Source: an uncultured Candidatus Saccharibacteria bacterium (GTDB lineage Bacteria > Patescibacteriota > Minisyncoccia > Phycocordibacterales > JACOZG01). Taken from it: a DNA stretch of 64,000 nucleotides. The notes beneath the pieces were generated by a model that made no database searches, was not told the origin of the DNA, and worked only from the letters and a program-made list of their open reading frames with translations. Position numbers and translations under genes: made by a program. Shown in pieces: positions 54,314-63,994 of this stretch (its first letter is position 1; each line of letters opens with the position of its first letter). Location: NCBI GenBank assembly GCA_964399075.1, contig CAYNPK010000003.1:6306-70305 (forward strand), given 5' to 3'.

Positions 54314-56670
54314 TTAAGCTTAAAAAATTAGTGCTACTCGACGCCCACGCTATCCTCCATCGCGCTTATCATGCCTTGCCGGACTTTACTTCCCCTCAGG
54401 GTGAACCAACTGGTGGTTTGTATGGTTTAGTCACCATGTTAATTAGAATTTTGGGTGAATTGCGACCGGATTATGTTATTGCTTGTTACGATTTGCCTGA
54501 CACCACTTTCCGTAAAGAACTCTACGATAATTACAAGGCCGGTCGTCAGAAAACTGATGATGATTTGGTGGCTCAATTAATTCGCTCCCGCGATATTTTT
54601 ACTGCTTTTAATATTCCAATTTATGATCAGCCGGGATTTGAGGCTGACGATATTATTGGCACTATTGTGGATAAGGTAAAGGGAGATAAGAAACTGCAAA
54701 CGATTATTGCTTCTGGTGACATGGATACTCTTCAGCTAGTTAGTGGCGACAAGGTGGTGGTCTACACTCTCAAGAAAGGTCTTAGTGAGACGATTACTTA
54801 TAACGAATTAGCCGTGCTCGAGCGGTTCGGTTTTGTTCCCCAACTCTTGCCGGACTACAAGGGTTTGCGTGGTGATCCTTCTGATAATATCATTGGCATT
54901 CCCGGGATTGGGGATAAAACAGCGACAGAATTAATTACTAAGTTTGGCTCGATTGAAGAGATTTATCAAACGCTAAAGAAAGATAAACAGAAGTTATTAC
55001 AAGCGGGGATCAAAGAACGAATTGTAAAATTATTAATAGAAAATGAGGAAGAGGCGATGTTTTCTAAAACTTTAGCAACTATCCGCCTCGATGCTCTGGA
55101 GGAATTTAATTTACCAACTGTGGAGTGGCGCCAGGGTCTTGATTTGGTGAAAATTGATGAACTTTTCGCCCAGCTCGGCTTCCGGACTTTAGGGGCGAGA
55201 GTTCGCGCTGGACTGGGAGAAAAGACTTCAATAGTGCTTGCTGGTGATCTTGATGACGCTGACAATACTGGTGATATTTTGCCAAGAGATCTAGCTATCG
55301 CCATCTGGTTGTTAAATTCTGACCTGACTAATCCAACTTGGGATGATCTGATGGCGGTAACTAAAACTAAAGAACCGCAACAGGCTAGAAATATTTTAGA
55401 AAAATTAATCAGAGAAAGAAATTTGGAGCAAGTTTATCGCGAAATTGAATTGCCTCTCATTCCGATTATTAAACAAGCTGAAGAACGTGGCATTTTGGTT
55501 GACGTGGCTCAACTTAAAGACTTATCGCAAAAGTATCACAAAAAATTAACTAATCTAGAGCGGGAAATCTATCAATTGGCGCAATTAGCGACAACGGAGA
55601 AATTTAATCTTAATTCACCCAAGCAACTTGCTGAAGTGCTGTTTGATAAAATGCAATTGTCGGCAAAGGGTTTGAAGAAGACCGCCGGTGGCGCGCGTTC
55701 AACGCGCGAATCAGAGCTAGTGAAACTGAAAGATGTTCACCCGATTATTGCGGAGATTTTGCAATATCGAGAATTACAGAAATTAGTTTCAACTTACCTT
55801 GATGCAATTCCTAAATTACTTGATCAAAACAATCGTCTGCATACCCATCTCCACCAAACTGGCACTAGCACTGGCCGGATGTCTTCGTCCGAGCCTAATT
55901 TGCAAAACATTCCCGCTGATGAGAATCATGGTGATAAAATTCGATCAGCCTTCCTGGCTTCTCCCGGACATCAGTGGCTTGCTTTTGATTATTCGCAAAT
56001 TGAGATGCGAGTGTTAGCTTTGCTCTCGGCTGATCCGGAATTGACCCAAATTTTCCAAACTGGCTCTGACGTTCATACTTCTGTAGCGGCTAGAGTTTTT
56101 CGGGTCAAAGAAGAAGAGGTGACTCGGGAGATGAGGCGTAGAGCAAAAGTGATTAATTTCGGCATCGTCTATGGTATGGGAGTTAGCGCGCTCCAGAAAA
56201 ATTTGAATTCCACTCGAGCGGAGGCGCAGGAATTTTATAATCAATATTTTGTTGCCTTTCCTAAAATTAACGCCTATTTTGATAAAGTTAAGTCAGAAGC
56301 CAAGCAGAAGGGTTATACCGAAACTCTTTTTGGCCGTCGGCGTTATTTCCCCGGACTCAAGGCTAGATTGCCTTATATTGTGGCGATGAACGAAAGAATG
56401 GCCGTCAACGCGCCAATCCAAGGCACGGCCGCCGATATCGTCAAAATTGCGATGCGGAAAGTTGATGAGGAAATAAGGAGGCAGGGGTGGAGTAATCAAG
56501 CCCACTTATTGCTCCAAGTTCATGATGAGTTAATTTTTGAAGTTGAAGATAAATTGGTTTCTGAAGTTAAGCCGGTTATTAAAAAAGTAATGGAAGAGAT
56601 TATTAATAATAAAATTATTCCCTTTACCGTCTCTGCTTCGCAGGGGAGGAGTTGGGGTGAGGCGGAGTAG
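54307..56670 (+). CDS. polA: DNA polymerase I (5'-3' exonuclease plus polymerase domains; apparently no full 3'-5' exonuclease domain)
   Basis: 787 aa; N-terminal FEN-like domain (LLDAHAILHRAYHAL), polymerase motifs A (DYSQIEMRVLA), B (RRRAKVINFGIVYG) and C (QVHDEL). Confidence 0.9.
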   Translation: MVIKLKKLVLLDAHAILHRAYHALPDFTSPQGEPTGGLYGLVTMLIRILGELRPDYVIACYDLPDTTFRKELYDNYKAGRQKTDDDLVAQLIRSRDIFTAFNIPIYDQPGFEADDIIGTIVDKVKGDKKLQTIIASGDMDTLQLVSGDKVVVYTLKKGLSETITYNELAVLERFGFVPQLLPDYKGLRGDPSDNIIGIPGIGDKTATELITKFGSIEEIYQTLKKDKQKLLQAGIKERIVKLLIENEEEAMFSKTLATIRLDALEEFNLPTVEWRQGLDLVKIDELFAQLGFRTLGARVRAGLGEKTSIVLAGDLDDADNTGDILPRDLAIAIWLLNSDLTNPTWDDLMAVTKTKEPQQARNILEKLIRERNLEQVYREIELPLIPIIKQAEERGILVDVAQLKDLSQKYHKKLTNLEREIYQLAQLATTEKFNLNSPKQLAEVLFDKMQLSAKGLKKTAGGARSTRESELVKLKDVHPIIAEILQYRELQKLVSTYLDAIPKLLDQNNRLHTHLHQTGTSTGRMSSSEPNLQNIPADENHGDKIRSAFLASPGHQWLAFDYSQIEMRVLALLSADPELTQIFQTGSDVHTSVAARVFRVKEEEVTREMRRRAKVINFGIVYGMGVSALQKNLNSTRAEAQEFYNQYFVAFPKINAYFDKVKSEAKQKGYTETLFGRRRYFPGLKARLPYIVAMNERMAVNAPIQGTAADIVKIAMRKVDEEIRRQGWSNQAHLLLQVHDELIFEVEDKLVSEVKPVIKKVMEEIINNKIIPFTVSASQGRSWGEAE

Positions 56671-56707
56671 AATATTTTATTTTTTTATCTTTTATTTATG
56701 AATAAAT

Positions 56708-57238
56708 ATGAATAAAATGTTAATTTTTCCTGAATATCGCCAATCAGATAAGTTTGATTGTGGAGCTTGTGCTTTGCAATCTGTTTTGGCTTATTATGGT
56801 ATTGATGTAAACGAGGCTGAAGTCATGAAGGTTGCCGGAACAAATCAAACCGGCACAACTCCGACTGGACTCGAGACGACAGTGGAACATTTCGGCCTAA
56901 GGCATGAGAGTGGTAAGCTGACCCAAGATAAATTAAAGAACTTTCTCGATCAGGATGTGCCAGTTATTTTAGCGATCCAAGCTTGGTCAGATCAGTCGAT
57001 AGGTGACTGGGCTAGAAATTGGATCAACGGTCATTATGTGGTGGCGATTGGTTATGATGAGAAGAAAATTTATTTTGAGGATCCGTCTTGTAATCGACGC
57101 ACTTTTTTAACTTTTGAGCAATTAGAAAGACATTGGCACGATGTTGATTCTGTTGGGAAAATATATGACCACTGGGGGATGGCTGTTTTTGGTGTGCCAA
57201 CCTATAACCCAGAGGAAGTGGTGCCATTGGGTTATTAG
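56708..57238 (+). CDS. Papain-like (peptidase C39-like) cysteine peptidase domain protein
   Basis: 176 aa; SDKFDCGACALQSVLAYYG (Cys nucleophile context) and later HYVVAIGYD (His). Confidence 0.6.
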   Translation: MNKMLIFPEYRQSDKFDCGACALQSVLAYYGIDVNEAEVMKVAGTNQTGTTPTGLETTVEHFGLRHESGKLTQDKLKNFLDQDVPVILAIQAWSDQSIGDWARNWINGHYVVAIGYDEKKIYFEDPSCNRRTFLTFEQLERHWHDVDSVGKIYDHWGMAVFGVPTYNPEEVVPLGY

Positions 57239-57253
57239 TTTAAAATAAAAAAA

Positions 57254-57284
57254 CCGCCGACCACAACACGTAGTCGGCGGTTTG
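57254..57284 (+). terminator. Rho-independent terminator
   Basis: aaaaaa-ccgccgac-(11 nt)-gtcggcgg-ttt. Confidence 0.6.
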
Positions 57285-57289
57285 CCTCG

Positions 57290-57545
57290 TCTCGTTTCTC
57301 ATCGGTCTCGGATCAGATGATCCGGAAAACCAAGGGGAGCGAGAGAAGGACCAGAACCGCAGCTCCGGCCAGGGCCGTTAGAACCAAGCGTCGGCTGGCG
57401 CGCCTGGCGGCCCAACCTCGCCCTCTTCTTCTGTCCCTTGCATCTCCGGGGCTCAGTGACCCAGGTCATGCTGTCAGTGCCGGGTAGCGCTCCGTCACTC
57501 AATCTCATTTTTTGACCCTTTCTTGGCTAGGGGAAACGAGAGAAG
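57290..57545. other. GC-rich (about 60%) noncoding segment with several palindromes; candidate structured RNA or foreign fragment
   Basis: No convincing ORF on either strand; ggatcagatgatcc and ggctggcgcgcctggcggcc palindromes; composition differs from the flanking 42-45% GC DNA. Confidence 0.35.
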
Positions 57546-57615
57546 AACACTCGAACACTTCTAATAGCTTAGCATAGTTTTGGTTAATTTGTCAATATGT
57601 GCTACAATTGGCCTT

Positions 57616-58365
57616 ATGTCGGAATATTATACTGGTAAACGAACTAGAGGATTATATAATCCATCGTCCACAGAGCCCTTTCGTCTAAGTCGAACCAAAA
57701 TAGAATCATTTCTCAAGTGTCCACGTTGTTTCTATCTCGACCGCCGTTTGGGAGTTGGTCAACCGCCGGGATTCCCTTTCGCACTCAACGCGGCCGTTGA
57801 TCACTTATTAAAAAAAGAGTTTGATCTCCATCGAGCTGGCAAGACTACTCACCCCTTGATGCGTGCTTATGAGATCAAAGCTATTCCGTTTGATCATCCC
57901 AAGATAAATATTTGGCGGGAAAACTTTAAGGGCGTCTCTTATCTCCATTCAGAAACCAATTTAGAAATTTTTGGCGCTGTTGATGACTTGTGGATTAACG
58001 AACAATCGGAAATACATGTGGTTGACTACAAGGCTACTAGCAAAGATTCGGAAGTAACCTTAGATGCCGAGTGGCAACAGGGTTACAAGAATCAAGCGGA
58101 AATTTATCAATGGCTCTTGCGTCATAATGGTCTTAAAGTATCTGATGTTGCTTATTTTGTTTACGTCAACGGTCAGCGTGATCGAGAAGCCTTCGATGGT
58201 CGTTTAGAGTTTGATATTAAAATTATTCCTTACGTTGGCGATGATTCTTGGGTGGAGGGTAAAATAGTAGAAGCTCATCAATGTTTGTTGGCGACTACTT
58301 TGCCGGACCCGGCGCCTGATTGTGACTATTGTCTTTATCGTCAGGCGGTTCGCGAGTTTGAGTAA
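57616..58365 (+). CDS. PD-(D/E)xK nuclease with Cys cluster (Cas4/RecB-nuclease-domain-like)
   Basis: N-terminal CPRCFY, core motifs D...(VVDYK) E/D-x-K, C-terminal CDYC; start taken at the first ATG (the track ORF starts at a TTG 36 nt earlier). Confidence 0.55.
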   Translation: MSEYYTGKRTRGLYNPSSTEPFRLSRTKIESFLKCPRCFYLDRRLGVGQPPGFPFALNAAVDHLLKKEFDLHRAGKTTHPLMRAYEIKAIPFDHPKINIWRENFKGVSYLHSETNLEIFGAVDDLWINEQSEIHVVDYKATSKDSEVTLDAEWQQGYKNQAEIYQWLLRHNGLKVSDVAYFVYVNGQRDREAFDGRLEFDIKIIPYVGDDSWVEGKIVEAHQCLLATTLPDPAPDCDYCLYRQAVREFE

Positions 58366-58391
58366 TAGTGTTATAATTAATTAAATAAATT

Positions 58392-58862
58392 ATGGAATCA
58401 ATTATTCAATCGGGCTTGATTGTTCAGTTAGTTTTTGCGGTTATTTTGGGTGCTTCTTTGGGTCTGGAACGATCTCTAGCTGGTAAAACGGCCGGAATGA
58501 GAACTTACACTTTGGTTACTCTTGGTTCTACAGTGTTCGTGGCAATCTCGCAAATTGTGGCCGCGGATTATATTGCTCTTGGTATTAGAACTTTCGATCC
58601 TTTGCGTGTTGCCTCGCAAGTAATTGTTGGTATCGGCTTCCTAGGGGCTGGCTTAATTATTTTTCAAGAGAATAAGTTACGCGGTTTAACTACTGCTGCC
58701 GGCTTGTGGGTAGCTTGTGGCATTGGCATGGCGATCGGCTTCAAACTCTACGTACTCGCTACGCTGGTGGCGATTATTACTCTATTTGTGTTCACTGTCT
58801 TGTGGTACCTTGAGCGTTATATGGAATCTCGCGCCGGGATTAGTCTTGGCCCGAAACCCTAA
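58392..58862 (+). CDS. MgtC/SapB family membrane protein
   Basis: 156 aa; LVFAVILGASLGLERSLAGKTAGMRTYTLVTLGSTVFV is a typical MgtC N-terminal domain. Confidence 0.8.
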   Translation: MESIIQSGLIVQLVFAVILGASLGLERSLAGKTAGMRTYTLVTLGSTVFVAISQIVAADYIALGIRTFDPLRVASQVIVGIGFLGAGLIIFQENKLRGLTTAAGLWVACGIGMAIGFKLYVLATLVAIITLFVFTVLWYLERYMESRAGISLGPKP

Positions 58863-58869
58863 TGTCTCC

Positions 58870-59466
58870 GTGGAAGAAAGAACGGCAAAACTACGACAGA
58901 TTCGTGACGAGATTTTAGCCTTTACGGAATCACCACTTTATCAATATCGTTTAGCTAATAAATATTTTCCGGTTATCGGTGAGGGTGACCATCAGGCGCG
59001 AGTGATGTTTGTTGGTGAGGCGCCCGGTCGGAATGAGGCGGAGACTGGTCGACCCTTCTGTGGCGCGGCGGGGCGTATCTTGGACGAATTGTTAAATAGC
59101 ATCGGCTTAGAACGTCAACAAGTGTATGTCACTAACATTTTGAAGGATAGACCCCCGGGTAATCGTGATCCGGAACCGGTGGAGATCGAGGCTTATACTC
59201 CGTTTCTGGAGCGTCAGATTGAGATTCTGGAGCCAAGCTTGATTGTCACCCTGGGACGTTTCTCGATGAAGTATATTATGGAGAAATATGGTTTGTCGGA
59301 CGCTCTTGGCCCTATTACTCAGATTCATGGTCAAGTTTTCTTGGCTAAGACTTCTTATGGCGAACTGAAAATTTTACCCTTATATCATCCGGCAGCCACG
59401 ATTTATCATCAAGCCTGGCGCGTTGATTTAGCTAAAGATTTTCAAAAAATTAAAAAATTATGCTAA
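58870..59466 (+). CDS. Uracil-DNA glycosylase, family 4
   Basis: GEGDHQARVMFVGEAPGRNEAETGRPFCGAAGRILDELL is the family 4 UDG active-site motif; start uncertain (GTG at 58870 just after the mgtC stop; the track ORF starts upstream, overlapping mgtC). Confidence 0.7.
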   Translation: MEERTAKLRQIRDEILAFTESPLYQYRLANKYFPVIGEGDHQARVMFVGEAPGRNEAETGRPFCGAAGRILDELLNSIGLERQQVYVTNILKDRPPGNRDPEPVEIEAYTPFLERQIEILEPSLIVTLGRFSMKYIMEKYGLSDALGPITQIHGQVFLAKTSYGELKILPLYHPAATIYHQAWRVDLAKDFQKIKKLC

Positions 59467-60224
59467 CTCTAATTTCTTGGAACGTTAATGGTATCAGGGC
59501 TGTGGTGAAAAATGGCTTCGGTGATTTTCTTCAACAATATCAGCCGGATGTTTTGGGTGTGCAGGAAATAAAAATTGACGCTACCACGCGCGCTAAAACC
59601 GAATTTGATTTTGCCGGCTACGAAGAATATTGGCATTCGGCACAACGCCCCGGTTACAGTGGCACCGCGACGCTGACTAAGATAAAGCCCTTGTCGATAG
59701 GTAATCAGGTGGACGAGGCGTGCTTTGATGAGGAGGGGAGATTGCAGACTTTGGAATTTCCTAAATTTTATTTTCTAAATATTTATTTTCCTAACGCCAA
59801 TCACGAGCTCTCGCGCTTGCCATTTAAAGAGGATTTTAATGAGATTTTTTTAAAGTATGTTAAAAAACTAGAGCAAACCAAACCCGTTATCGCCTGTGGA
59901 GACTTCAATGTCGCTCGCGAAGAAATTGACCTCGCCAGACCCAAGGAGAATGTCGGCAATCCCGGCTTTACCACAGAAGAACGCGCCTGGGCCGACAAAT
60001 TTGTCGAGTCTGGCTTGGTCGACACTTTCCGCTTGATTCATGGCAACAAGATTCAGTATTCTTGGTGGAGTTATCGGAATTATGCTAGAGATAGAAACAT
60101 TGGTTGGAGAATTGATTACTTTTTGGTTAGCCAGAAACTGGCCTCAAAAGTTAAAGACGCTTTTATTCTCGATCAAGTTATCGGTTCGGATCATGCGCCA
60201 GTGGGGATCAAGATTGAATTATGA
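59460..60224 (+). CDS. xth: Exodeoxyribonuclease III (AP endonuclease)
   Basis: 254 aa; LISWNVNGIRAV N-terminus, QEIK, CGDFNVAR, SDHAPV motifs. Confidence 0.9.
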   Translation: MLTLISWNVNGIRAVVKNGFGDFLQQYQPDVLGVQEIKIDATTRAKTEFDFAGYEEYWHSAQRPGYSGTATLTKIKPLSIGNQVDEACFDEEGRLQTLEFPKFYFLNIYFPNANHELSRLPFKEDFNEIFLKYVKKLEQTKPVIACGDFNVAREEIDLARPKENVGNPGFTTEERAWADKFVESGLVDTFRLIHGNKIQYSWWSYRNYARDRNIGWRIDYFLVSQKLASKVKDAFILDQVIGSDHAPVGIKIEL

Positions 60225-60958
60225 TTTATTTATTTTACGGCACAGATACTAGCAAATCGCGAGAGAAGTGGCGGAAGGTTATTAACGCTTTTGCTAGCAA
60301 ATATCCTTCCGGGCAAATCTTCCGTTTTGCCACAGATAGATTCGACCGTTCTTCGTTTGAAGAATTAATTCATTCTCATGATTTGTTTGGTGAAAAGAGG
60401 TTGGTGGTAATTGATCAAGTTTTGGGAGATCCGGAGATTGCTAATTCGCTGACTGATTTGTGGAACAGTTTGGTTAATTCCAAAACCGTTTTTGCTTTTC
60501 TGGAAGGCGCGCTCAAGAGCGATTTGGTTAAGAAGATAGAGGGGTGCGGGGCTAAAGTCGAACGCCTTGATCTTAGCTCAGCTAAATTTGCTAAATTTTC
60601 TAATCAAGATAAGTTCAACATTTTTTCTCTAACTGACGCGCTTGGGGCTCGTGACAAGAAGGCGTTGTGGCTAAATTACCAGCAGGCCTTAGATGCTAAC
60701 ATTAGCACTGAAGAAATATTTTGGAAATTGGTTTGGCAAACTAAGATGATGCTGTTGGTTAAGAAAACTAAATCTTCTGAATCGCTTAAAACGGTTAAGC
60801 CTTTTGTGGCTGATAAAGCAAGGCGTTATGGCAAAAATTACCAGACCGAAGAGTTGGAAAAATTATCCGGTGACCTGCTCGCTCTCTGGCATGAATCTAA
60901 GGAGGAGAATGGTTGCGATTTTGCCATTGGCTTAGAGAAATTAATTCTAAGCCTGTGA
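60221..60958 (+). CDS. holA: DNA polymerase III delta subunit-like protein (short)
   Basis: MIYLFYGTDTS N-terminus and overall helical pattern typical of HolA; 245 aa; assignment tentative. Confidence 0.55.
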   Translation: MIYLFYGTDTSKSREKWRKVINAFASKYPSGQIFRFATDRFDRSSFEELIHSHDLFGEKRLVVIDQVLGDPEIANSLTDLWNSLVNSKTVFAFLEGALKSDLVKKIEGCGAKVERLDLSSAKFAKFSNQDKFNIFSLTDALGARDKKALWLNYQQALDANISTEEIFWKLVWQTKMMLLVKKTKSSESLKTVKPFVADKARRYGKNYQTEELEKLSGDLLALWHESKEENGCDFAIGLEKLILSL

Positions 60959-60974
60959 ATAAAAATCTACAGTG

Positions 60975-61047
60975 TCCGCCCAGTAGGATTCGAACCTACG
61001 ACCGTTTGCTTAAAAGGCAACTGCTCTACCACCTGAGCTATGGGCGG
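60975..61047 (-). tRNA. tRNA-Lys (anticodon UUU)
   Basis: Reverse complement ccgcccatagctcaggtggtagagcagttgccttttaagcaaacggtcgtaggttcgaatcctactgggcgga; anticodon loop cttttaa; no encoded CCA. Confidence 0.85.
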
Positions 61048-61099
61048 ATCTAATCTTGTTTACTATACTTTCTTGCCACCGAATTGTCCACTCTGTGGA

Positions 61100-61456
61100 T
61101 TATAAAGGCAGATCAATGGCGAAAATTCCCGGACCGAGAAATAGGAGGGCTAGAGAAATAGTTATGAGTAGTAAGGAAAAATTAAGGTTGTTTTCTCTCT
61201 GTGATTTAAATTTGATTGAGATTAAAGCCAGAATAATGGCTACAATAACAGCTACTTGAGTATACAGACCGATGGTTAGCAAAACTCCGGCCACCAAGGT
61301 GGTTGAGCCGAGCGCCTTAGTCCACGGGGTTTGTTGGCTTTTTTGGGCCAGCAATTGATAGCCGAGGCGACAGAGAGAAAGACCAAGAGCGAGGCGTAAG
61401 ATGAAGGTCCCGACCATGGCGTAAGTGAGAAGTGATGGAAAAACACTTGGAATCAT
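61100..61456 (-). CDS. DoxX-family small membrane protein
   Basis: 118 aa with 4 TM helices (LTYAMVGTFILRLALGLSL...); DoxX-like topology. Confidence 0.6.
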   Translation of the reverse strand: MIPSVFPSLLTYAMVGTFILRLALGLSLCRLGYQLLAQKSQQTPWTKALGSTTLVAGVLLTIGLYTQVAVIVAIILALISIKFKSQRENNLNFSLLLITISLALLFLGPGIFAIDLPL

Positions 61457-61470
61457 AGTAGCATTTTAAC

Positions 61471-61950
61471 ATGAGTCAGTCGGTAAAGAAAGTTGAATTA
61501 ATTCTCCACAATCTTAGGAGCTCTCACAACGTCGGAGCTATTTTTCGGATCGCCGATTGCGTTGGCGTCTCTAAAATTTATTTAACTGGTTATACTCCGG
61601 CGCCAGTAGATCAATTTGCTAGACCAAACAAAGAAATTGCAAAAACAGCCTTAGGCGCGGATAAAAATATTAAGTGGGAAAAAGTTGAAGATGTTCTCTC
61701 TTTAATAGAGAAACTAAAAACTGAAAATTATTACGTTTTGGCTCTGGAGCAGGCAAAATCGGCGATTGATTATAAAAATGTTGAAATCAGAAATCTCACT
61801 GCGGTTATTCTAGGTAACGAAGTGGCTGGCTTGTCTCCGGAGATTTTGGGTTCCTGTTCTGCGGTGGCGGAGATTCCGCTCCGAGGTCAGAAGGAGTCAC
61901 TCAATGTGGCTATCGCTAGCGCTGTGGCTCTCTTCCGCTGGTTGGATTAA
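61471..61950 (+). CDS. SpoU/TrmH-family RNA 2'-O-methyltransferase (SPOUT fold)
   Basis: 159 aa; HNVGAIFRIADCVGV, ILGNEVAGLS and NVAIASAVALF motifs. Confidence 0.8.
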   Translation: MSQSVKKVELILHNLRSSHNVGAIFRIADCVGVSKIYLTGYTPAPVDQFARPNKEIAKTALGADKNIKWEKVEDVLSLIEKLKTENYYVLALEQAKSAIDYKNVEIRNLTAVILGNEVAGLSPEILGSCSAVAEIPLRGQKESLNVAIASAVALFRWLD

Positions 61951-62811
61951 TTATTTTTGACATCGGGGACAGAAGTGAGTCCCTCGGCCGTTTAATTTAG
62001 TTTTAATTATCTTAGTTTCACAACGTTTGCAAGGTTCTCCTTGTCGACCATAAACATATAAGTGGGGGACGAAGCCTCCCGGCTGACCGCCGGAGCGTCG
62101 ATAGTTACGGAAGGAGGTTCCTTTCTTCTTGATTGATAATGTTAGCACTTCAATAATTGCGGTGTACAGATTGCATCTCTCTTTTTTGCTTAAAGTTCCA
62201 GACAAGCGATCTGGTAGAATTTTCGCCAGAAAACAGCTTTCGTCAACGTAGATATTTCCTAATCCAGCGATTAGTGTTTGATCAAGCAATAGAGTTTTAA
62301 TTTTGCGCTTAGAATAACGAGCTAAGATCTGCTCGAAGTGAGCTAGAGTAAAATTTTTACGATCGAGCGGTTCTGGTCCATGCCTATCGAATAATTTTTC
62401 CAAACCTTCTTTGTCCACCAAGCGTATCCAGGCAAATTTGCGCAGGTCATTGAAGCGGAGTTGAGAACCGTCAGCGAAATTAATAATCACTCGGGTATAT
62501 TTAGTCGGATCTTCCGGATGACCGCCGATAATTAATTTTTCTTTTGAGCCGATTTTTGGTTGGTAAATTAATTGCCCGGTCATCTTAAGGTGGATGAGTA
62601 GAAATTTTTCACCAGAGATTTCTAAAATCAAAATTTTGGCCCGACGTTGGATGGCCAAAATCTTTTTGCCAATTATTTGTCTAACAAATTCATCCAGATT
62701 GAGCGTCTGGATAATTTTCGGCCAAGTTATCTCTAGGGTTTTAATTTGGCGACCCACCAGCGCTTTGGCTAGTTCTCGCTTGAGGGTTTCCACCTCCGGT
62801 AATTCAGGCAT
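61951..62811 (-). CDS. mutM: Formamidopyrimidine-DNA glycosylase
   Basis: Start taken at MPELPEVE (catalytic Pro2 and Glu3), with an N-terminal 13-aa ORF extension excluded; C-terminal zinc finger CKRCETKIIKTKLNGRGTHFCPRCQ. Confidence 0.85.
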   Translation of the reverse strand: MPELPEVETLKRELAKALVGRQIKTLEITWPKIIQTLNLDEFVRQIIGKKILAIQRRAKILILEISGEKFLLIHLKMTGQLIYQPKIGSKEKLIIGGHPEDPTKYTRVIINFADGSQLRFNDLRKFAWIRLVDKEGLEKLFDRHGPEPLDRKNFTLAHFEQILARYSKRKIKTLLLDQTLIAGLGNIYVDESCFLAKILPDRLSGTLSKKERCNLYTAIIEVLTLSIKKKGTSFRNYRRSGGQPGGFVPHLYVYGRQGEPCKRCETKIIKTKLNGRGTHFCPRCQK

Positions 62812-63994
62812 GTATTTTATGAAATTCTTCTCTCGCCACCTCTGCGTCATCCCAGGGGATTTTGCTACCCCTTGGCCCCATAATGTAAGGATCAGTGCCC
62901 TTGCCGGTGATGATAACCACGTCCTTGGGTTGGGCGATTGTGAGGGCCTTCCTGATCGCTAGGCGCCTATCCATCTCAATTTCATATTTATCCTTGGGGA
63001 TTACTGCCGCTATTTGCTCCACAATCTGTCGCGGATCCTCATCATAAGGATCTTCGTTAGTCAGGAAGATTCGATCGCAATATTGGGTGGCGACTTTGCC
63101 CATTTCTGGCCTCTTCCACTTGTCTCGTCCGCCACCGGTGCCACCAAGAACAGCGATTAGTTTGTAGTTTCTAGTGGCTAGGGGGTTGGGATTGAATACC
63201 TGATAAACTTGGCGGAGCGAATCCGTCGTGTGGGCGTAGTCCACGATTACTTCAAATGGTTCGGAAATCACTTTCTCCATTCGCCCTCGGACGCTCTGAC
63301 ACTCGCTGATCGCTTGGCGAATTATTTCTTCTTTAATCTTCATCGCTCGGGCCAGAGTAACCGCCGCTAACACATTGTAGGCGTTGAATTCTCCGGGCAG
63401 GACGCGCATCCAGTCCTCGATTTTATTCTTACCGTAAGTTATTTTGTTCACCACTCTCGTGGCGAGGAATTTGTCCGCTTCTTTGCTGTCAGTATTAACG
63501 ACCAGAATTTTGTTAGTCTTAGGCGAGCGTTCTAGAGCTTTAGCAATCTTAAGTTTGGCTTCAACATATCGTTCGTAAGAGCCGTGCGACTCGATATGTT
63601 CTGGGGTTAAGTTAGTGAAGATGAGCGCGTCGAGGGCAATAAATTTATGACGGAATTGTTTCGCGCCCTCGCTGGTCATCTCAATCACCGCGTGGGTACA
63701 CTTGGCCTCAATCGCTTGTCTTAAAATTTTGTGGACGAAGCCTCTCCCTGGCATGGTCATCTTCTTTAGATTAGCTTGGGATTGGTCGCCAACTTTGAAG
63801 CGCAAGGTGGAAGAGATGGCCGTTCGGTGGCCGGCTTTTTCTAAAATAGCGCTAATTAATTCCGCAGTGGTGGTTTTACCCTTGGTGCCGGTAATGCCGA
63901 TCACATAGAGCTGACGAGAAGGAAAGCGATAGCGCCAGACGGCGATTAGCGCCAGCAGAAAGTGATAAATTGGACGCAAGTATTTCATTAGCAT
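62804..63994 (-). CDS. Mur ligase family protein (MurE/MurF-like motif); 5' end possibly beyond the window edge
   Basis: ATP-binding motif GITGTKGKTTT, central and C-terminal Mur ligase domains; no N-terminal domain within the window. Confidence 0.7.
   Translation of the reverse strand: MLMKYLRPIYHFLLALIAVWRYRFPSRQLYVIGITGTKGKTTTAELISAILEKAGHRTAISSTLRFKVGDQSQANLKKMTMPGRGFVHKILRQAIEAKCTHAVIEMTSEGAKQFRHKFIALDALIFTNLTPEHIESHGSYERYVEAKLKIAKALERSPKTNKILVVNTDSKEADKFLATRVVNKITYGKNKIEDWMRVLPGEFNAYNVLAAVTLARAMKIKEEIIRQAISECQSVRGRMEKVISEPFEVIVDYAHTTDSLRQVYQVFNPNPLATRNYKLIAVLGGTGGGRDKWKRPEMGKVATQYCDRIFLTNEDPYDEDPRQIVEQIAAVIPKDKYEIEMDRRLAIRKALTIAQPKDVVIITGKGTDPYIMGPRGSKIPWDDAEVAREEFHKIHA

Noticed and set aside
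57299-57508. 69-aa minus-strand ORF in the GC-rich noncoding patch
   Set aside because: Its R/G/P/S-rich translation is typical of a spurious frame in GC-rich DNA; it has no RBS.
57290-57545. Considered SRP RNA / 4.5S RNA because of ccaggtca...gtgccggg similarity
   Set aside because: The conserved GGAA tetraloop and the domain IV CCGGAAGGAAGCAGCC core are absent, so it is kept only as a candidate structured region, not annotated as ffs.
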